Source: Oceanispirochaeta sp.
GTDB lineage: Bacteria > Spirochaetota > Spirochaetia > DSM-2461
NCBI GenBank assembly: GCA_963663385.2
Contig: CAXXXD010000002.1
Location: 1,792,001 to 1,856,000 of the forward strand
Length of the DNA: 64,000 nucleotides
Reading direction: 5' to 3'
The notes beneath the pieces were generated by a model. The model searched no databases and was not told the DNA's origin. It saw nothing but the letters and a program-made list of their open reading frames with translations. The translations under genes were made by a program, and so were the position numbers. Shown here one piece after another: positions 9,097-18,650 of this stretch. How positions within the stretch are numbered: the first letter of the stretch is position 1; every line of letters begins with the position of its first letter.

Positions 9097-9966
9097 ATGA
9101 AAGTAAAAAGAGATAATTTTACATGGCTCTCCATTGTGATCCTTATTGTAGTAACAGCGCCGATAATTTTAGGTTATCTGTGGCTGTTTATTTCTACCTT
9201 CTCGGAACGGACTTACGGGCTGAAACCGGTGGATATAGATGGTAATCTGGGCGGGTTAACCCTGAAAAACTGGGCATTCCTGGCGGAGCCGGATATCTGG
9301 TTGATAACCATGAATACCTTTCTGCTGGCTTCATTTCTGACTCTGGGGGTTCTGCTGATTTCATCCCTGGCCGGTTATGCTTTGTCCCGTGTGAATTTCA
9401 GAGGAAGAAAGACATTTCTGTCCATGACGCTCATTCTGCATGCTTTTCCCAGCGTCACCCTTCTGATAGCTATCTATTTTGTGCTTCGTTTTATATCGGG
9501 CGTTCCCCTTCTCGGTTTTTTGTTCGGGTATAACACAATCGGAGGAGTCGTACTGGTCAGTATCGCCCTGCAGCTTCCCCTCGGGATCTGGCTGATGAAA
9601 GGATTCTTTGACGGTGTTTCATGGGATCTGGAAAGAGCGGCCCTGATTGACGGCTGTTCCCGCTGGAGATGCTGGTGGCAGATCATGATGCCCCAGATCA
9701 AACCCGGTTTGGCAGCGCTGTCCATTTTTTCGTTTATGACGGGATGGAGCTCGTTTCTGATTCCTTATACTTTTCTTACAAAAGGGAATAAAGCGGTACT
9801 GTCTACCTATCTGAATGCCATGATGAGCAGCGATACCGTATCTATTCAGTATGGGGTCCTGGCGGCGATCGGCCTCTTTCAGTTGATTCCCATACTGCTT
9901 TTCTACTCATTTACTCAAAAATATCTAATGAAAATTTTCAGCGGCGGCAGCCATGGCGGCGTTTAA
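9097..9966 (+). CDS. Carbohydrate ABC permease (MalG-like)
   Basis: LERAALIDGCS EAA motif; ATG at 9097 after AAGGAAGG. Confidence 0.93.
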   Translation: MKVKRDNFTWLSIVILIVVTAPIILGYLWLFISTFSERTYGLKPVDIDGNLGGLTLKNWAFLAEPDIWLITMNTFLLASFLTLGVLLISSLAGYALSRVNFRGRKTFLSMTLILHAFPSVTLLIAIYFVLRFISGVPLLGFLFGYNTIGGVVLVSIALQLPLGIWLMKGFFDGVSWDLERAALIDGCSRWRCWWQIMMPQIKPGLAALSIFSFMTGWSSFLIPYTFLTKGNKAVLSTYLNAMMSSDTVSIQYGVLAAIGLFQLIPILLFYSFTQKYLMKIFSGGSHGGV

Positions 9967-9978
9967 GGAGCGACAGAA

Positions 9979-11055
9979 ATGGATGTAAAACTTAAAAATC
10001 TGACAAAAAAATTCGGCAATGATACAGCCGTTGATAAGATGAATCTTGATATAAAAGATGGTGAGTTTGTCGCTTTCCTGGGGCCTTCCGGCTGCGGTAA
10101 AACAACAACTCTTTTAATGACAGCCGGTATTTATAGACCCGACGGCGGTGAAATCTACTTTGGTGACCGTCTGGTAAATAAACTCCAGCCCAAGGACAGG
10201 AATATTGGAATGGTTTTTCAGAGTTATGCACTTTATCCCCATATGTCCGTTTTTGATAACATCGTTTTTTCAATGAAACTACAGAAAAAGCCTAAAAAAG
10301 AGATGATTCAGGAGGCGGATCGTGTGGCCGGTCTCCTGGGAATCGGTCATCTGCTTAAAAGGAAACCCGGGCAGCTATCGGGGGGGCAGCAGCAGCGTGT
10401 TGCTCTGGGACGCGCCCTGATAAAAAAGCCGGAACTCCTTCTTTTTGATGAACCCCTGTCGAATCTGGATGCCCGTTTGAGAATCACCATGCGGAGTGAA
10501 ATCAAACGCCTGCAGAGGGATCTCGGGATTACCAGTATTTATGTGACCCATGATCAGGTGGAAGCCATGACGATGGCAGACCGGGTTGCTGTTATGAAAG
10601 ACGGCAGGCTGCAGGCTTTTATGCCCCCACTGGAACTTCATGAAAGACCGAGAACCCGATTTATAGCCCAGTTTGTGGGTAACCCGCCTATGAACTTCTT
10701 TAATATCGAACTAAAAGGGGAAGGTGACAGTCTGAAAGCCGTTCATCCCGGTTTTTCAATTGATGTGGATGCCGGACGTAAGCCGGAAAAGGGCGGCAGA
10801 TCTGTTCTACTGGGGATACGTCCGGAAGATATAACAATTAACCCGGCCTCGGAAATAAAGGCGGAAATCCTTATTGTTGAGCCTCTGGGCAGGGATGACC
10901 TTCTGCAGTGTCGTATCGGCGATATGGATATTTCCATTCTGGCTGATCCGAAAGAAAAACACAGAAGCGGTGATATTATCGGTCTGGATCTGGATAATAA
11001 AGCTTTTCAGTTTTTTGATCCTGAAACAGATAAGTCCCTTTTATGGTTCGATTAA
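9979..11055 (+). CDS. Sugar ABC ATPase (MalK/UgpC-like)
   Basis: GPSGCGKTT, LSGGQQQR, DEPLSNLDA, VTHDQVEA, C-terminal TOBE region. Confidence 0.96.
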   Translation: MDVKLKNLTKKFGNDTAVDKMNLDIKDGEFVAFLGPSGCGKTTTLLMTAGIYRPDGGEIYFGDRLVNKLQPKDRNIGMVFQSYALYPHMSVFDNIVFSMKLQKKPKKEMIQEADRVAGLLGIGHLLKRKPGQLSGGQQQRVALGRALIKKPELLLFDEPLSNLDARLRITMRSEIKRLQRDLGITSIYVTHDQVEAMTMADRVAVMKDGRLQAFMPPLELHERPRTRFIAQFVGNPPMNFFNIELKGEGDSLKAVHPGFSIDVDAGRKPEKGGRSVLLGIRPEDITINPASEIKAEILIVEPLGRDDLLQCRIGDMDISILADPKEKHRSGDIIGLDLDNKAFQFFDPETDKSLLWFD

Positions 11056-11076
11056 GTCAGGCTGTTCAATTCTGAT

Positions 11077-11133
11077 AAATCCCCTGTTTTCCTGTTGCAG
11101 GCCTGTGGAGGTCTAGGATAGCGGGGGATTTTT
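11077..11133. terminator. Bidirectional terminator-like stem between convergent genes
   Basis: AAATCCCCTGTT...AGCGGGGGATTTTT. Confidence 0.55.
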
Positions 11134-11137
11134 CTGC

Positions 11138-12919
11138 CTATATTTCCTTGTACTGATTATATACTTCTCTTATCTCATCCATGGAAGAATCAAGGCATTC
11201 CAACACAGCAGGGTCAAAGTGCCCTTCCATCTCATCATTCATAATTCTCAGTGTTTCTTCAATGGAATAGGCTTCCTTGTAGGGGCGTTTGGAACTGAGG
11301 GCATCAAAAACATCTGCGGCAGCCACAATCCGGCCTGCCAGGGGAATCTCCTCTCCTTTCAGGCTGCCCGGATATCCTGTCCCGTTAAATTTTTCATGGT
11401 GTCCTGTGATGATTTCGATAGCTGTCTTCATGACAGGTTCGGAAAAATAGGATGAAAGATTCCGGTTTATATCCTGGATTACGTTTACACCAATCAGAAC
11501 ATGTTCCTGCATTTTTGCCATTTCCTGATCAGTAAGATTACGGGGCTTCATAAGGATACTGTCGGGGATGCCTATCTTTCCGATATCGTGGAGAGGTGAG
11601 TACCAGAGGATTTCCCGTACATAACGCGGTGTAATTTCCTTATGGAGCCTGGCGTAGTTTTTGGCAATAATGCTGGAATAAAGGGACATCCTTTTTATAT
11701 GGCTGGAAGTCTCGTTATCCTTTTCATTCATCAGAGTGACGAATGAATGGGCTATCTCGGCAATTATATCCTGAATTGTGTATTCCAGATACAGTTTGTT
11801 TTTAACCTGAGAAAAGATCCTTTTGGCATAAAGAGCCGACGTTTCATCGTAGGCATTTTTATTTTTGCAGGATATGAAAAGGAATCCCACACAGCGATGG
11901 TTGATATAGAAAGGTATGGTCAGGCTGGATTTAATTCCCTCCCTGAGAATCTTCAATGTGGATTTTGAAGCTTCCTGACGGGAGTGGTTTTTTTTACAGC
12001 TGGTGTACTTTTCCAGATCCGCAATAATCCGTACATCCTTGGATTTGGCAAGTTCTTCGAGGCTTGTACTAGTAATCGGTTCCGAGTAACCCGGTTCCAG
12101 CTGAAGATTATTGTATTCTGTGTAGGCGGTTTCGGCAGTTATCTCTCCATTGTCGCCAATAAAGGCAAGAGCAACCCTGTCGCAGCAGATTTTTCTGTTT
12201 AATATATAATACAGATCTTTCAGAACCCCATCCAGGTTACCGTATACATCGATATCCTGCAGGCTTCTGTCAAAACTGATATCCTCAACAATTTTACCGA
12301 CATCCAGTAAAAACTGCCTGGATTCGATTACAGAGGCATCTTCCGGAGAAATCAGGTAGATATCGTTGAATTTAAGAATATTATCAACAGAGTCAACCCC
12401 GCTCTTTATTTCCTTTAAAAACTGGTTTTGTTTCTTTTTCCAGTAGAGAAGGTTGATCAGGGCTATAATCGTAATAAGAAGGATTATTACTACAATTATA
12501 CGGATGGTATTTCCTGTACTATTTTGAATATCCGCTCTATTCCTCCTGATCTGAGAGGCAAAATCCCGAATCTTTGTAATATAAAACTGATACAGGAATT
12601 CTCTGTCTGAAGTTTCTGACGGTTCTTCAACCATCAAATCAATATTTTTGATAAGTTTTGGGTTCAAGCGGGAGAATTCCTCTATCAGTTCTCTGTATAG
12701 AATTCGTATTTCTTTATAATCTTTTATGTCCCTGGTATTATTCAGGGCTAAGGCAATACTGTTTATATGTGAAACGGTTTTATTGAATTCCATTTCTGAA
12801 TTGTTATTGGAATACAATCGAAGGAATATAAACAAAGTAAAACCGCTGATTAATATTATATTGAAAAGCAACAGGTAAAAATGCCTGTTGGTTATTTTTT
12901 TTATACTATCTTTTTTCAT
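11138..12919 (-). CDS. Membrane-anchored GAF + HD-GYP c-di-GMP phosphodiesterase
   Basis: Two TM helices; GAF-like SSLTIPF..VGFLFI; LHDIGKIG, HHEKFNGTGYP, ADVFDAL..RPYK. Confidence 0.92.
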   Translation of the reverse strand: MKKDSIKKITNRHFYLLLFNIILISGFTLFIFLRLYSNNNSEMEFNKTVSHINSIALALNNTRDIKDYKEIRILYRELIEEFSRLNPKLIKNIDLMVEEPSETSDREFLYQFYITKIRDFASQIRRNRADIQNSTGNTIRIIVVIILLITIIALINLLYWKKKQNQFLKEIKSGVDSVDNILKFNDIYLISPEDASVIESRQFLLDVGKIVEDISFDRSLQDIDVYGNLDGVLKDLYYILNRKICCDRVALAFIGDNGEITAETAYTEYNNLQLEPGYSEPITSTSLEELAKSKDVRIIADLEKYTSCKKNHSRQEASKSTLKILREGIKSSLTIPFYINHRCVGFLFISCKNKNAYDETSALYAKRIFSQVKNKLYLEYTIQDIIAEIAHSFVTLMNEKDNETSSHIKRMSLYSSIIAKNYARLHKEITPRYVREILWYSPLHDIGKIGIPDSILMKPRNLTDQEMAKMQEHVLIGVNVIQDINRNLSSYFSEPVMKTAIEIITGHHEKFNGTGYPGSLKGEEIPLAGRIVAAADVFDALSSKRPYKEAYSIEETLRIMNDEMEGHFDPAVLECLDSSMDEIREVYNQYKEI

Positions 12920-13131
12920 AATTATGTAAAATTTTTATAGTTAGAAATACATTGTTTGTCAAACCCTTTTGTTAATATACATATATAATACATAAATAAT
13001 CAGCAATAAATATAAAAATCACCAGTAGAGAGGACCTGCCTAAAGGAGTAAAAAAATGGTAGACGGCTTGGATATAAGGTGTATCCGGAGTATAAATATA
13101 GCCAGTTTTTACATCAGGGAGAGTCTTTTTT

Positions 13132-13854
13132 ATGCACGAAGTTGATTTGCACAGTCACAGTTTTTTCAGTCGATGCGGAGTTCACTCTGTAATAGAACTG
13201 CTGGAGGCTGCCAGGAGAAAAGGACTGAAAGCTCAGGCTGTTACAGACCATGGTCCCGCCAAGGTTGATCGTATTAATACAACATTTTTCACGCGACTGC
13301 AGGATCCCGTGGAGGGGATACATCTGCTTAAAGGGATGGAGTGTAATCTTACAGACAAAGCAGGTCATCTTGATATGGATCCGGAGATGATACCCCATTG
13401 TGATGTACTGCTGGCCGGTCTTCATGACAATATCCGGGACGAGTGGAGTGATGAAGAAGCTACCGAAGCTCTTATCGCCGCCATGAGAGGGAATCCCTGG
13501 CTGGATGTTATCACCCATCCTCTTTGCGGCGAGTATAAAATAGATCTGCGAAAGTGTGCACGTGTTGCGAAAGAGACGGGGAAGGCCCTGGAATTCAATA
13601 ATTCAAAAATACGCCTGGGGTCAATATCGCCGGAACAGCAGAAGCACTTTATCCGTATCTGCCGGGAAGAGGGCTGTCTGGTTGCGGTTAATACGGATGC
13701 CCATACGGTAAACGAACTGGGAGATACCAGAGCAATGGATGCCCTTCTGAAGGAAGAGGGATTTCCCGCAGACAGGATTGTCAATAGAACCTATGAGGGG
13801 TTGATGAAATGGCTGGAGGAACGGCGGAATTTTAAAAAGGAATTACCGGTTTAA
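13132..13854 (+). CDS. PHP-domain phosphatase (YcdX-like)
   Basis: DLHSHS, TDHGP, ITHP, LEFNN, NTDAH. Confidence 0.88.
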   Translation: MHEVDLHSHSFFSRCGVHSVIELLEAARRKGLKAQAVTDHGPAKVDRINTTFFTRLQDPVEGIHLLKGMECNLTDKAGHLDMDPEMIPHCDVLLAGLHDNIRDEWSDEEATEALIAAMRGNPWLDVITHPLCGEYKIDLRKCARVAKETGKALEFNNSKIRLGSISPEQQKHFIRICREEGCLVAVNTDAHTVNELGDTRAMDALLKEEGFPADRIVNRTYEGLMKWLEERRNFKKELPV

Positions 13855-14717
13855 GTGGATACATAACCGTATTCGGATAGTTTTCCCATTTCCAGTCCCA
13901 TTTCGTACCCGGCCATAAGCCTGGTTTTATCTTTGGTCGTACGTCCCACATCAAACCCTTCCGAAGGAGCTATGACTCTGATTTTGCAGTCTGCCGGCGG
14001 GTTTTCTATAAAGTCTATGGATTTGTTGTATAGGGATGCCCGATTGCTCATACAGGATCGAAGGGCCGGGTAGGACCTAAGCATATAATTCATAAGGGGA
14101 GAGTTGTTTTTCTCCTTTTTACGGTATCCTCGGGGACGGGACAGAATCACTGTTATATCCCGGGCTCCCATTTTGTAGGCTTCTATTACGGGGATTGAAT
14201 CGGCCACTCCTCCGTCAGACATGGGTACCCCGTTATATTCCGGGTAGCCTCTGTAGAATACGGGCAGGGCACTGGAAGCTTTCAGAAGCTGCTCCAGTCC
14301 TTCTGGTTCCGCTTTGATATACTCTGCTTTACCGCACAGAGCATTGGTTGTAACTACGTAAAGGGTTGTCTTCTGCTTTCTGAACTGTTCAAGATCCAGT
14401 CTGATCTCTTTAATTGTAATATCCCACAGCCAATCCAGATCCAGTGCATGGCCGCCTTTCAGAAATTTCCTGAAGGAGATGAATTGGGGACGGCAGGAGT
14501 AATCCATATAGACTTTCAGGTTTCTTTCTTTCTGTCTGCAAAGCCAGGCTGCCAGATTGGTTGCACCGGCGGAAACACCAATGCAGAAATCGAAGGGATT
14601 GTAGTTTTCAGATAAAAATCTGTCCAGTACGCCTGTGGCGAATACGCCTCTCATAGCGCCGCCTTCTACAACTAAAGCTTTTTTTAATTCCATGTTCTGA
14701 TCTGCTGTTTCCGGCAT
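13851..14717 (-). CDS. Patatin-like phospholipase (YjjU-like)
   Basis: EGGAMRG, GVSAGA nucleophile, SDGG; start uncertain (14717 or 14693). Confidence 0.9.
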   Translation of the reverse strand: MPETADQNMELKKALVVEGGAMRGVFATGVLDRFLSENYNPFDFCIGVSAGATNLAAWLCRQKERNLKVYMDYSCRPQFISFRKFLKGGHALDLDWLWDITIKEIRLDLEQFRKQKTTLYVVTTNALCGKAEYIKAEPEGLEQLLKASSALPVFYRGYPEYNGVPMSDGGVADSIPVIEAYKMGARDITVILSRPRGYRKKEKNNSPLMNYMLRSYPALRSCMSNRASLYNKSIDFIENPPADCKIRVIAPSEGFDVGRTTKDKTRLMAGYEMGLEMGKLSEYGYVST

Positions 14718-14812
14718 AAAAAATCCCACTCCTTATGCTCTATTTTATAGAAAAAAGGAATGGGCAGCTATAGTTCACAAAGGCTTAATAAGTGTAAATA
14801 CGTATAATCAAA

Positions 14813-14971
14813 CTATCTGAGGTTGCTTAAAAGAGCTGTCAGTATAATTCCCACACTGATCCATAAACTAATTTTGGCAGCCGCTTTTCCGCTGATATGG
14901 AATGATGTGGTTATATCAAAGCCAGCTTGATTTCTACTGTCTTCGGGGGTAATCAGATACGGTAATTTCAT
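14813..14971 (-). CDS. Unannotated 52-aa small membrane protein
   Basis: MKLPYLITPEDSRNQAGFDITTSFHISGKAAAKISLWISVGIILTALLSNLR; GGAGGAG RBS; hydrophobic C-terminus. Confidence 0.6.
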   Translation of the reverse strand: MKLPYLITPEDSRNQAGFDITTSFHISGKAAAKISLWISVGIILTALLSNLR

Positions 14972-15072
14972 ATTAATCTCTCCTCCGGCGTATTAATATT
15001 CTAATTGTATTATAGAATTGTCTATAGTATAAGTATAGTTATATTAAATTGATTATAGGTTAAGTTATACTT

Positions 15073-16023
15073 ATGTTGCAGAATCTGGACCGTTTGAAAA
15101 CCTTTTATTATGTCTTTTCCCGTCAGAGCATTGTGGCTGCTGCTAATACCCTTCATGTGAGTCAGTCGGCTGTCAGTCAGTCCCTGCAGAAGCTGGAACA
15201 GGAGATAAAATCCCCCTTGTTTACAAGGCTCCATAAAAAACTGATTCCCACAGCCGCCGGGATTGAGCTGTTCCGTATAGTGGAAGTATTTATGTCCGAG
15301 CTGGATGCCTATTTGAATGAACTGAACCTGTCGAAGGATACACCCATTGGCGAGCTTAGGATCGGAGCGCCATAGGAGTTCGGAAAGGTTTACCTCTCTA
15401 TTGTTGTAGCCGAGTTCCGGGAGATGTATCCGGATGTCAGGTTCTTTCTGGAATTCGGTCACCCGGACAAACTGCTCCCTATGCTGAGGGAGGGGCGGAT
15501 AGATTTTATCCTGCTGGATGAGTTTCTCGCCAAAAGTCCCTACAGCGGCAGTCTTGAAGAATTCCTCTTTGAACCTGTTGTTGAAGAGGAAGTGATTCTG
15601 GCCTGCTCCCGGGAGTACTATCAGACGCATATTAAAGGTGAGATTTCCTACTCATCTCTGTCAAGGCAGAACTTTATAAGCTACACCATGGACAGGCAAT
15701 TTTTGAATGAGTGGTGCAAGGCTCACTTTTCGCGGTCATTTACTAATGTAAACAGTGTTATGACTGTGGATAACCACGAAGCAGTGGTTTCGGCCATTAT
15801 GCATAATATCGGGATGGGTATTGTAACGACTCACAGGGTCATGGAGGAACTGGATTCGGGGGTCATGATAAAAATCGAGACTTCCCGGCCGGATATTATC
15901 AATACCATCTCCCTTGTTCAGATTCTGAATAAAACTCCCACCCTTGCAGAAAAGCTTTTTTCCAAGTTTCTGATTGAAAGGATCCAATCACTGACCGCTC
16001 AAAGCGGTCAGGATTCCCCTTGA
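15073..16023 (+). pseudogene. LysR-family regulator interrupted by a single in-frame TAG (15373-15375)
   Basis: HTH AANTLHVSQSAVSQSLQKLE..LFTR; reading through TAG gives LRIGAP*EFGKVYL..FREMYPDVRF in frame with the substrate-binding domain. Confidence 0.85.
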
Positions 16024-16115
16024 GCATTGATCTTCCATAATTTCAGAAAGGATTCCTCCGGAACGGTGGGGGAACTGTATGCCAGGGGTGAGCCGTCAAA
16101 CCGTTCTTAGTCTTC

Positions 16116-16144
16116 TTGTATATAACCCCTCAATCCGTTACAAT
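16116..16144 (+). promoter_or_regulatory. Sigma70-type promoter of tyrS
   Basis: TTGTAT-17 nt-TACAAT. Confidence 0.6.
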
Positions 16145-16180
16145 CCTCTAACAAAATATTAAATATGGAGGTATACGTAT

Positions 16181-17425
16181 ATGAACGCGGCATTGGCCAC
16201 CCTGAAAGAACGGGGATTTTTCAAACAGTGTACAGATGAAGATTTACTGAACAAAAAACTAGATGAAGGACCCGTACGGATTTATGTAGGCGTAGATCCC
16301 ACAGGACCTTCCATGCATGTCGGGCATATGGTTCCTCTTTTTGCTATGCATCATCTGCAGCAGGCAGGACACCTGCCAATCGTTCTGGTCGGCGGTGGTA
16401 CCGCACGGATCGGCGACCCATCCGGTAAAACGGATATGCGGAAGATGCTGACCATAGATCAGATTAAATCCAATGCTGAAAATCTGAAAAAGCAGATTGC
16501 CAATTTTATTGAATTTGACGGAGACAAGGCCAAGCTGGTGGATAACGCTGATTGGCTGGCGGACCTGAACTATATTGATTTTCTGAGAGACATCGGACGG
16601 CACTTTTCCGTTAACAGAATGCTGACCTTCGAAGCCTATAAAAAACGTCTGGAGAAGGGACTCTCCTTTATCGAGTTCAACTACCAGCTGCTGCAGTCCT
16701 ACGACTTTCTGGAGCTGTACAGACGGGAAAACTGTATTCTCCAGATCGGCGGTGACGATCAGTGGGGAAATATTGTAGCCGGTATGGAGCTGATACGCCG
16801 GATGGAAGGGGGCGAGGCAATCGGTCTGACCTTTCCTCTGGTAACACGGTCTGACGGTAAAAAGATGGGGAAAACCGAAAAGGGCGCCATCTTTCTGGAT
16901 CCGGAACTGACCAGTATCTACGACTTTTTTCAGTACTGGAGAAATGTGGCCGATGCGGATGTGGAAAAATTCCTGCTCCTCTATACGTTCCTTCCCGCCG
17001 ATGAGTGCAGAAGACTGGGAGCCCTGAAGGATCAGGAAATTAACAAAGCCAAGGAAGTTCTGGCTTATGAGCTTACCAAGATTATTCATGGGGAAGCGGA
17101 AGCCAATAAAGCCATGGAAGGCGCCAGAGCGGCTTTCAAAGCCGGAGGAACCCAGGATAAATCCGGTATGCCTTCAGCCGGGATGACCGTATCCGAGTTG
17201 GAAGCGGGTATCAATGTTATGGATCTCTTTGTTCAGTCCGGACTCTGCTCTTCCAAAAGTGATGCCCGACGTCTTGTAAGCCAGAACGGAGCTTCCATCA
17301 ATGGTGAAAAATACTCGGATGTGGATGCCATAATCGGTGTCGAGGCTATTAACGAAGAGGGCGGAGAAAAAGAGATCGTTCTGAAAGCAGGTAAGAAACG
17401 GTTCTTCCGATTTATTGTAAAATAG
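16181..17425 (+). CDS. tyrS: Tyrosine--tRNA ligase
   Basis: YVGVDPT..HVGH (HIGH), QIGGDDQWGNI, KMGKT (KMSKS), C-terminal S4 domain. Confidence 0.97.
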   Translation: MNAALATLKERGFFKQCTDEDLLNKKLDEGPVRIYVGVDPTGPSMHVGHMVPLFAMHHLQQAGHLPIVLVGGGTARIGDPSGKTDMRKMLTIDQIKSNAENLKKQIANFIEFDGDKAKLVDNADWLADLNYIDFLRDIGRHFSVNRMLTFEAYKKRLEKGLSFIEFNYQLLQSYDFLELYRRENCILQIGGDDQWGNIVAGMELIRRMEGGEAIGLTFPLVTRSDGKKMGKTEKGAIFLDPELTSIYDFFQYWRNVADADVEKFLLLYTFLPADECRRLGALKDQEINKAKEVLAYELTKIIHGEAEANKAMEGARAAFKAGGTQDKSGMPSAGMTVSELEAGINVMDLFVQSGLCSSKSDARRLVSQNGASINGEKYSDVDAIIGVEAINEEGGEKEIVLKAGKKRFFRFIVK

Positions 17426-17470
17426 GACTCTATACCGTCTTTGCCATACAAAGGAATTAAGGTTAAAAAA

Positions 17471-17504
17471 AGACCCGCGAGATTTATCCGCGGGTCTGTT
17501 TTTT
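17471..17504 (+). terminator. Terminator after tyrS
   Basis: AGACCCGCG...CGCGGGTCT then GTTTTTT; A-tract upstream. Confidence 0.85.
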
Positions 17505-17895
17505 AAATAGAATTTTTTATTGCCGACTTTTTTCTTATCTTTTATGTTTCTACAAATTCTTTAACTGACAGGATTTTTCTTCCTGAATACAGTCTGACTA
17601 TAAATCCATATCTATTTCGGCGTCAACAATCAGGACTGTATCCAGGCTTTTCTCTACACAGACTCTACATTCTACACAATGTGTTTATATAATCTCCATC
17701 CAGTTAATAATTGTTTAATCCGCAAGTTACTTAATAACTATTTAGTAAAAAAATATCAATAACAGACGAAAATGATTTTTTTTGAATGAAATTTGACTGA
17801 TGCAAGTGTGTAACATTAAAATTTACAAAGAAAAATAAACCAATGAGGTAAGAGTTAACAAAAAAAAGCTTTAGTAGATAAAAAGGGAGGCATTA

Positions 17896-18432
17896 ATGGA
17901 ATTGAAATCGAATAAAATCCCGGAGGAATTCAGGACCGTGATACCAAGAGGTCTGCGACTGGTACACAGGAATGAGCAGGACTTTTTACTGGTCGAGTCA
18001 ATCTTTTGTCCCCGCGGGCATAATCTCCTGGTAGACAGTGTTCATATACACGGAGAACCGTCTATCAAACTGGAGCTTGAAATAAACGGACGAAAAGGAC
18101 TTGCCTTTATTGATGCGTTCTGGGGCAGTCATGCCAAACTTTTCAGTTTTCTGCCGGAGTGCGGAGAAGGGACCATGCTTGAGGGGTTCTGTCCCTACTG
18201 CCATGCTCCCCTGATAGAGGAGTATCACTGCCATGAAGAAGGCTGCGGTTCCCATACGGGACTGGCCCTGCATCTGCCCAACGGAGCCGGACGAGTTATG
18301 GTCTGTGCCAGCCTGGGCTGTCCGGGTCATCTGCTTGATGTCAATTCCCTGTCTCATGAGTTGAGCGAGTCTCTGAGCGGAATTAATTTCTTTGGCGAGG
18401 GAACAGAAGATCTGTTCGGAGGTCTGGGATGA
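17896..18432 (+). CDS. Cys/His-rich hypothetical protein (putative metal-binding), first gene of the oxidoreductase operon
   Basis: CPRGH, CPYC, CHEEGC, CASLGCPGH; GGGAGG RBS; ATGA overlap with next gene. Confidence 0.75.
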   Translation: MELKSNKIPEEFRTVIPRGLRLVHRNEQDFLLVESIFCPRGHNLLVDSVHIHGEPSIKLELEINGRKGLAFIDAFWGSHAKLFSFLPECGEGTMLEGFCPYCHAPLIEEYHCHEEGCGSHTGLALHLPNGAGRVMVCASLGCPGHLLDVNSLSHELSESLSGINFFGEGTEDLFGGLG

Positions 18433-18650
18433 ATCGATCTGTAATCACTCCCGATCTGTGCAAGGGATGCCGGGTCTGTGTTAATTCCTGTCCTAATCAT
18501 TGTTTATCCATAGGATCCGAAATAAATAAGCTGGGATATCAGTTTGCCGTTTCCAAATCCAAGGGCTGTACCGCCTGCGGTATCTGCTTCTATGTCTGCC
18601 CCGAGCCGGGGGCGATTACTGTATATAAAGGGGAGGCGCCGGATGTCTGA
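18429..18650 (+). CDS. 2x[4Fe-4S] ferredoxin subunit of 2-oxoacid:ferredoxin oxidoreductase
   Basis: CKGCRVCVNSCP and CTACGICFYVCP. Confidence 0.93.
   Translation: MNRSVITPDLCKGCRVCVNSCPNHCLSIGSEINKLGYQFAVSKSKGCTACGICFYVCPEPGAITVYKGEAPDV

Noticed and set aside
15373..15375. Pyrrolysine or genome-wide TAG recoding
   Set aside because: TAG terminates several intact genes in the window and no pyl genes are seen
16024..16180. T-box leader for tyrS
   Set aside because: No T-box consensus; a good promoter lies only ~35 bp before the ATG
17505..17895. Small RNA in the long tyrS-oxidoreductase spacer
   Set aside because: Only weak features (TACAGTC/GACTGTA inverted repeat, short TCTACA repeats) in AT-rich promoter-like DNA
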